DNA of 41,480 bases from Mesotaenium endlicherianum (lineage: Eukaryota): contig WELA01003463.1 of assembly GCA_009602735.1 (NCBI GenBank), positions 98,057-139,536 on the forward strand. The letters run 5' to 3'. Below the pieces are notes generated by a model that had not been told where the DNA came from, ran no database searches, and saw only the letters and a program-made list of their open reading frames with translations. This document shows positions 34,801 through 41,480 of the stretch, piece by piece. The position numbers and the translations under genes were made by a program. The first letter of the stretch is position 1, and every line of letters begins with the position of its first letter.

Positions 34801-37800
34801 TCCAGTCTACTGACTGTGAGGATGCTAGAGATAGTGAGTCGTCACTAGCTGCCCTCGTAGCAGGTATTATGGGTCCTGCTGAACTGGATTCACTATGCAT
34901 GCCTGACAAACAGATAAAGGAGACCATCAGTAATATAGACGTCCAGAGAGTGCACACTCTGGATGCTCTTGTTCCACTTGATGTCCAACATTTCTTTGCT
35001 AAGTCAAAAGAACAATGCGAAAGTCAGGAAAAGACAGTCTCCCCTATCCTACTGCATTGCATGATTGCAGGTAGGAAGGTGAGGGCATTTGTTGACGGAG
35101 GGGCGTCACATACTTTTATCCACAAGGACTTAGTTAAGCGGCTAAGGCTGCCTACTGTCACCCAAGGGAATAGAAAAATATTCCTTGGAGATGCCTCAAG
35201 TATCCCGGGAGGAGTTATAACCAAGCCTATTGAGGTCCAGTTAGGTTCTGGCATTGCAGTTCTAACTGAAACGCTTACATTTGAGGTACTCAACACTGGC
35301 TTTTATGATCTCGTGCTAGGCAGGTCCTGGCTTAATAGACATCAAGCTGAAGTGTGTTGGAGCAGAGGTACAGTTAAAGTGAGAGGAGCCAGTGATGGGC
35401 AGACTGACTTGTCACCCACCAGTGCTCTTCCTCTTGTCCTGTGTGGATGGCAAATGAAGGAAAAGAAGAGGCTTCCAGAAGGATGCAAGTTGCTGAATGC
35501 AATGGAGTTCGTCAAAAGCTGGAACCAGAAGGAAGACAGAATGTTCTGTCTGCTGCTAAGAGAGGTACCTCCTCAACCTGAAGAAGTGGTTGAGAAAAAG
35601 GTAAGCCCTCCGGAGCACCCTACTGCTGCAAAAATTGTTGCTCAGTACACTGATGTAATTAATATGCCTCTAGGACTACCCCCTAAGAGGGAAGTAGATC
35701 ATAGGATTGATCTATTATTTGGGAGTCAGCCACCTTGGCAACGCACGTATGGCTTGTCTTATGTGGCGAGCGAACAGTTGAAAACACAGATTGCAGAGCT
35801 TGAGGAAAATGGTTATATTTCTCCCAGTAGATCACCTTACGGCGCACCCATCCTATTTGTTAAGAAAAAGGATGGCAGTATGCGGATGTGTGTAGATTAC
35901 AGAGCTCTGAACAGAATTACGATAAAGAAAAAGTATGCTTTACCCAGGATCGAGGACTTGCTAGATACCCTGTCTGGTGCTAAGGTGTTCAGTAAGATAG
36001 ATCTCAAGAGTGGTTATCATCAAATAAGAATTGCTGAAGGGGATGAACACAAGACTGCCTTCCGCACACGCTATGGACACTATGAGTTCAACGTGATGCC
36101 ATTTGGACTGTCTAATGCTCCTGCTACCTTCATGGGTGCTATGAATGACATTTTCAGACCTTATTTGGATAAGTTTGTGCAAGTTTTCGTGGATGATATT
36201 TTAATTTTCTCTAAAGATGAAGCTCAGCACGCTGAACACTTAAAGACAGTCCTGGACACACTGAGAACGAATAACTTATATGCTAAAATGAGCAAGTGTG
36301 ATTTCTTTAAAGACAGTATTGAATTCTTAGGCCACATTGTCAGTAAAAAGGGGATCAGCGTGGATCCTAAGAAAGTCCAGACCATAAGGGACTGGCCAGT
36401 ACCACAGTCTGTCTCTGAAGTTAGATCCTTCCTCGGGTTGGCTAACTACTATAGGAGATTTATTGAGAATTATTCCACAAAGGCCAGTAAACTGACTGAC
36501 CTTACTAAGAAAGACATAGAGTATGTGTGGGAGGAAGAGCAGCAGGCTGCCTTCCAGACCATTAAAGATGCCCTTTGTTCTGCCCCAGTGCTAGCCGTGT
36601 ATGACCCCAGCAAACCGGTGCAGGTGGTTACTGATGCCTCAGACTTTGCCATGGGTGCTATTTTGTTGCAGCTTGCTGACAAAACCACAAAGAATGGTAA
36701 GATCATCTAGCTCTGACTCACTTCCAGAAGAAGTCCAAGCTGTCGAGGAGGGAGAACCGCTGGAGCCCGATGCTGGAGCAGTTCCAAGTCCAGATCGACT
36801 ACAAACCAGGGAAGTTGAATCCTGCTGATGCACTCTCTAGATGACCTGACTTGCAAGAAAGGAACTTTAGTCAGCATGCTGTAGATAAAGCCCTGTGTGC
36901 ACTCACTTCACTAAAGGTGAAAAAGTCCTTCCTTGAACAACTTAGGAAAGCCTACCTTTCTGACCCAACATTTGAGCCCAGCCCCACTACTGGTGTGTGT
37001 CGTGCTACTGCACTCGGGTATAAGCTCAAGGGAGGGGTCTGGGTGACTGAAACCACTTCAGGCAGGCTGAAGCTGGTCATTCCTAATAATTTGGAAATAA
37101 GGTCTCTCTTACTGAGTCAAGCTCATGACAGTCTCCTGGGTGGACATTTGGGGCAGGCCAAAACTGTTGGCAAACTGGCAAAACATTATCATTGGGAGGG
37201 GTTACCCCGGGAGGTCTTGAAATATGTCAAGTCCTGTGACCAGTGTCAGAGAAATAAGTCTCGGCACACACCACCCGGAGGTCTCTTGCAACCGCTACCC
37301 ATCCCAGCGGGACGCTGGGAAACTATATCCATGGACTGGGTGGTCTCACTACCAAGAACTGCCAACGGGCATGATTCAATACTGGTAGTCGTGGATAAAC
37401 TGACAAAAATGGTCATTTTCATCCCCACAACTGTCAAAGTAACTGCACTCGAAACAGCGAGACAGTTTTACAACCATGTAGTATGCCAACATGGGCTACC
37501 TTCTAATATCATCTCAGACAGAGACTCAAAATTCACCTCTAAGTTCTGGCGAGCTTTAATAGGGTTAATGGGAGTCAAACAGCTGCTCAGCACAGCAAAT
37601 CACCCTCAGACTGAAAGAACTACTCGAGTTCTGCAGGAGGTGTTGAGAGCATATATTAACCAAAAACAAGATAATTGGGATGACCTATTGCCTCAAATTC
37701 AGTTTGCGGTCAATAGTGCGGTGCACGCGTCAACGGGCAAGACTCCTTTTGAACTCAGCCTTGGTAGAGCCCCTAAGTCTCCTCTAGATGTACTGGGGGA

Positions 37801-38316
37801 GTCTTTAACTGACCCGGAAGGGATTGACAACCCGGTCTCCCTCCAGTTAACTCAGAAGTTTGCTGACACCCTGTCCGAAGTCCACAAAACCTGCACAATG
37901 CCCAAGAAAACCATTAAAAATACGCTAATCAACACCGTCGGGAGCTGACATTTTCTAAGGGCGATTTAGTCAAACTGCATTCTCAGCACCTGTACCTCCC
38001 TGGTGTGGTCAAGAAAAAGCTTGGTTCTGTCTGGGTCGGTCCATATTCGGTGGTACGTCGTGTCGGTCAGAATGCTTACAAACTGAACATGTCAGCTGAC
38101 TACAAGGTTCACCCGGTCTTTAATGTCTCCTTCCTAGAACCATACATCAAAGGTGATTCACTGTTCACAGGGCGGTTACCTGTCCAACCGGGACTGGTCC
38201 CCGCTGTCCGGCACGGCGATCCTGAGGAATATGAGGTCGAGGAGATTTTAGACGCTCGCTCGGTCCGTCGATCGTCTAAATATGTCATGAAGTACCTCAT
38301 CCGATGGAAGGGTTAC
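34692..38316 (+). pseudogene. pol: Defective pol of family 2 copy A
   Basis: PR (FVDGGA), RT (FVDDILIFS) and IN are recognisable. Lesions: RNase H core deleted with a frameshift near 36700 (resumes [21 protein letters not shown]), TGA at 36842-36844, HPQT(DGQT)ER 4-codon loss near 37610, frameshift near 37886-37890, TAA at 37915-37917, truncation at 38316. Confidence 0.92.
34776..34890 (+). promoter_or_regulatory. Putative -1 programmed ribosomal frameshift site, family 2
   Basis: T TTA AAA heptamer in the gag frame (34776-34782), 7-nt spacer, perfect 10-bp stem ACAGTCAGTA/TACTGACTGT (34790-34817); pol is in the -1 frame. Confidence 0.8.
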
Positions 38317-39037
38317 TGAAATGAATAGACTTACCAAATAGGCGATTAACAATTAATAAAGATCTTTATATCAGCAAGTAATCTTTATGGTATTTTTCGT
38401 TAACTGGTTTAACGGCAAAGGACAACACACTAGCAGTGAATAATACTCGTCAGTCAAATGAGAGTAAACTAGCATCAATAATGCAAATCAGTAAACTCAT
38501 ACATAAGCAAGGTTAGAAGACGGTGCGTAGCAATGGCTTCTCGCCTTGGATTCAGATCTCTCTCAGTAAGCTGTACAAGAGAGTTGGCCTCGTTTCTGAA
38601 TGCCGAACTCGAGAGCAATGCCTAGCGTATGTACATGGAATGAGTTTACTGTTCAACGGTCAGTGCGATGGCACTGCCTACCCGGGAGTTAACCACGTTG
38701 GTAGGACCTCGGTTAACCAAATCCACCGCCATCTCCCATCATCCCGAATCGCCATCCGTCATAGGGATGTNCTATGGCCATTCATCTAGCATACCACACT
38801 TAGATGCATATCAAGGCAGTTCGCTGCTACCGAGTACGGAAGTCAGCTGGCTGTCAAAGAATGTGTCAGCAAGCTGACTTAAGCTGACCTCAGCCTGCCA
38901 CTTCCGGCCAAGTCATTAAAACGATATTAAGTATAAAGTCAAGCAGACTGATTGTTAACTAAAGTTCAGCAGGCTGAACTTATTTAACTATATTCTTTAA
39001 ATGAATATTATATCAACCAGTATACTGATTCATTACA
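38317..39037 (-). repeat. 3' LTR of family 2 copy B
   Basis: Reverse complement of 32566-33287, visibly more diverged than the family 1 LTR pair; preceded on the minus strand by a PPT. Confidence 0.95.
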
Positions 39038-39051
39038 ATCCCTCCAACTTA
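39038..39051 (-). promoter_or_regulatory. Polypurine tract of copy B (TAAGTTGGAGGGAT)
   Basis: Abuts the TGTAATG start of the minus-strand LTR. Confidence 0.85.
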
Positions 39052-39148
39052 TCATGTTGTCGCCTCGACAACATTAANCATGTTGTCGCCTCGACAACAC
39101 TAACACTAATAACAGCGTGCTGTCCCTCTTAACCCCAGCCTGCTGCCC

Positions 39149-40687
39149 TTAGGAGGGAGATGTCCCTGAGGTCCTATACTCAGGGGAGCCAGACCTTCTC
39201 CTGTCTTGGGGCCTTTTGAAGCCTGTCAGAGAAGGGGGTTCCGTGTAAGGACCCGGCGGAGAACGCAGTAACTGAGCTGTTTCCTCCTGCACAGTCTGCA
39301 ACTGAAGGGAGGCAGCCTTCTCCTGGGCAACCCTCAAACTGACCGGTACGTATACCAGCATCCCAGAAGGATGTTGCATGACATGAGCCAAGGGTACATG
39401 CCCTCTCTGCAAGGGAGATGCTGGCAGGCCTCTGGCTATCTCCTGAGCAGCCCTCCTGTCTGCCCTGTTTGACTGGGTCTCCTTGCCTGGAGATGGGCTC
39501 TGTCCTCTGGCAGTCCCCAGCCAAGTGATATCCTCCTCTTGAGCGAGTTGCGGCGGGGCCCACCCCGTTTTCTCCCTTACAGGGGATGTGGCAGGTGTCA
39601 GGATCACGGCGGGGCTAGTGTCCTCCTCCTCGCCTTCCTCCTCGTCTTCCTCCGACTCCGCCTCCTCGCCGTCCCCGGGTTCCTCTGAGACTTCTGGGGT
39701 CTCCTCTGTCCGCTGCTCCAGCTCTTCCCGAGAAAAAGAATATCCTACTGACCTTCCCCTTTTGGGTGCTGGTGGGGGCTGCTGAGTCCGGACCGCATAG
39801 AGGTCCTTTTCCCCCTGCTTACTTGCCCATTTGGCATAAGCGTGCTTCCCTTTGGAGAAGGACTCTCGGGCCCTGCTTCTGTCCCCCTGCATCTCTTGGC
39901 TCATGCAGTCTCTGACTCCATCCAATCTTGGGTCCCAAGCCGCAATGTGAGGGGGCAATACTATGTTCCCGTTTATGTCTGTGAGGAAATCCTCATCCGT
40001 CGCCCTGTCATTCTGCTGGTCCCTCATGTTGATAGTGATCCACCGCCAATCAGTGGGCTTTTGGAAGAAGGCAGCGTCTGTCTTTTTGAGAGTACAAGGG
40101 TACCAGTGCCCTGCAAAGTCCAGCTGACTGGTTTCTCTGGCCAAGAATTCCCAGCTCCTCCTCTCCACCACATTGTACATGGCCTTGAACCTGTTGTGGG
40201 GTGTTGAGTCCTTGAAGCTGTCCGCGTCCATGGGGATCATCCTGATGACCCTATCTGCCCCCCAGATACCAGCAATCGAGACAGCTCCTGCTTCGTTCAC
40301 CTGGGCCATTGCCTTGGCTTCTCCGATGGTATATCCTACCATCCTGGCGTAATCGTGGTAGAGGAGGAGCCCTGTGCCGACCTCTATATACTTGTCAAAG
40401 TTTTCGGATGTCTCCCCTTCCTTCTGGAGGATTTCCTTCTGCGACTCACTGCAACTTCTCTGGGCATACTTGAAGGCCTCCTCCAGTAGATCAAAGCCCT
40501 TGCCCAGCACCGTGTAGCGGTAGCTGCTGATTCTCCTCTGTTCTTCTTCTTCAGCCTGCTGCTTCCGCTTCTCCTCAGCTTGCCTCTCCTCCTCTGCTTT
40601 CTTGGCCTCCTCTGCAGCTTTTCTGTCCATTTCTTCCTGCCTCAGTCTGGCCTGTTCCTCCTCCACGGAACTGCAAGTATTCTGCAT
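39149..40687 (-). CDS. Extra ORF of unknown function (512 aa) between pol and the 3' LTR, sense to the element
   Basis: 1.5-kb open frame with a coiled-coil N-terminus, an aromatic-rich globular-looking core, an acidic tract and a Pro/Ser-rich tail. The true start may be the ATG at 40736, with an indel near 40667. Confidence 0.82.
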   Translation of the reverse strand: MQNTCSSVEEEQARLRQEEMDRKAAEEAKKAEEERQAEEKRKQQAEEEEQRRISSYRYTVLGKGFDLLEEAFKYAQRSCSESQKEILQKEGETSENFDKYIEVGTGLLLYHDYARMVGYTIGEAKAMAQVNEAGAVSIAGIWGADRVIRMIPMDADSFKDSTPHNRFKAMYNVVERRSWEFLARETSQLDFAGHWYPCTLKKTDAAFFQKPTDWRWITINMRDQQNDRATDEDFLTDINGNIVLPPHIAAWDPRLDGVRDCMSQEMQGDRSRARESFSKGKHAYAKWASKQGEKDLYAVRTQQPPPAPKRGRSVGYSFSREELEQRTEETPEVSEEPGDGEEAESEEDEEEGEEEDTSPAVILTPATSPVREKTGWAPPQLAQEEDITWLGTARGQSPSPGKETQSNRADRRAAQEIARGLPASPLQRGHVPLAHVMQHPSGMLVYVPVSLRVAQEKAASLQLQTVQEETAQLLRSPPGPYTEPPSLTGFKRPQDRRRSGSPEYRTSGTSPS

Positions 40688-41060
40688 GTGCCTCTTCCGC
40701 CCTTTGCTCCCTCTTGAGCTCCGACTTTTGACTCATCTTGCTCAATTATAAACACAATGCAGTTAGTGAAGTCGTGATATTTTGCCGCTACTGAGTGCCT
40801 TTGATGAAGAGGAACGCGATCGGGAGAGTTCCTAGTGTGGAATACCTGGTGTGAGTGAATATAAGGGAAAATTGAGTTGGAGAGCAAGTGAGTGTGAGCG
40901 CAGGTTGAGTGTGGAATATGGTGATCAGAGAATACCACTCCCTCCAACTTAATGTTAAAGGTGGGCTGCCCGTCACAACTGTCACTAACTGTCGCATCCC
41001 CCTCCAACTTATATGGAGACAAGACCTCCTGTCACCTTCCCGTGTCAACTGAAATGACTG

Positions 41061-41480
41061 TTAGGGAGGTGCCCGGAGGTGGATCTGTTTCAACGCCCCT
41101 TTGGCATTGGTCAGCTGATCTTTAAATTCCCAAGTGTCCCCAGAGGCATCGTAACCCTTCCATCGGATGAGGTACTTCATGACATATTTAGACGATCGAC
41201 GGACCGAGCGAGCGTCTAAAATCTCATCGACCTCATATTCCTCAGGGTCGCCGTCCCGGACAGCGGGGACCGGTCCCGGTTGGACAAGTAACCGACTTGT
41301 GAACAGTGTATCACCTTCGATGTATGGTTCCAGGAAGGAGACATTAAAGACTGGGTGACCCTTGTAGTCAGCTGACATATTCAGTTTGTAAGCATTCTGA
41401 CCGACACGACGGACCACCGAATATGGACCGACCCAGACAGGGCCAAGCTTTTTCTTGACCACACCAGGGAGGTGCAGGTG
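41061..41480 (-). CDS. pol: C-terminus of Pol of copy B (GPY motif + chromodomain), partial
   Basis: HLHLPGVVKKKLGPVWVGPY...HPVFNVSFLEPY...EEYEVDEILDAR...KYLIRWKGYDASGDTWE...*; open to the window edge. Confidence 0.93.
   Translation of the reverse strand, partial: HLHLPGVVKKKLGPVWVGPYSVVRRVGQNAYKLNMSADYKGHPVFNVSFLEPYIEGDTLFTSRLLVQPGPVPAVRDGDPEEYEVDEILDARSVRRSSKYVMKYLIRWKGYDASGDTWEFKDQLTNAKGALKQIHLRAPP

Larger units (their letters stand above)
32566..38316 (+). mobile_element. Ty3/Gypsy chromovirus family 2, copy A: 5' LTR-PBS-gag-defective pol, interrupted in the chromodomain
   Basis: 722-bp LTR, PBS, gag and pol motifs; the sequence breaks at ...IRWKGY where an inverted LTR begins. Confidence 0.95.
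38317..41480 (-). mobile_element. 3' part of family 2 copy B (integrase C-terminus/chromodomain, extra ORF, PPT, 3' LTR), antisense to copy A; continues beyond the window
   Basis: 41151-41480 is the reverse complement of 37987-38316 with scattered substitutions and continues past A's breakpoint; PPT and LTR follow on the minus strand. Confidence 0.94.

Noticed and set aside
32566..39037. Single element with long inverted terminal repeats (DIRS-like or DNA transposon)
   Set aside because: It encodes a DDE integrase, not a tyrosine recombinase. The second repeat has its own PPT and duplicate pol tail on the minus strand, so it belongs to a second copy.
39053..39101. Tandem duplication of CATGTTGTCGCCTCGACAACA
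   Set aside because: The two copies are separated by a single N, typical of an unmerged contig overlap.
39149..40687. env gene
   Set aside because: Position fits, but there is no signal peptide, transmembrane helix or fusion-protein pattern.

Overview
Eukaryotic genomic DNA, most plausibly from a streptophyte green alga or early-diverging plant. That is inferred from a TBL acetyltransferase, a plant-type SR-like protein, GT-AG introns and telomere-like intronic repeats; the species cannot be determined. The first ~18.6 kb holds three spliced genes: a TRICHOME BIREFRINGENCE-LIKE O-acetyltransferase (minus), a large low-complexity Lys/Arg/Ser/Glu/Pro-rich protein (plus, 7 visible exons, one partly in an N gap) and a conserved plant SR-like protein (plus). 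The rest is repeat-rich and built from two chromodomain-bearing Ty3/Gypsy families. Family 1 has a solo LTR (21642-22144) and an apparently intact, recent element (23945-30624). Family 2 has a decayed plus-strand copy A (32566-38316), cut inside its chromodomain by the 3' end of a minus-strand copy B of the same family (38317 to beyond the window). Copy B carries an unexplained ~512-aa extra ORF between pol and the 3' LTR, bracketed by three copies of its polypurine tract. Both families show -1 frameshift signals and the same variant tRNA-iMet PBS. Four intergenic arrays share a [G/T]G[C/T]ACGC-like core at near-regular spacing. All alignments and counts were done by eye.
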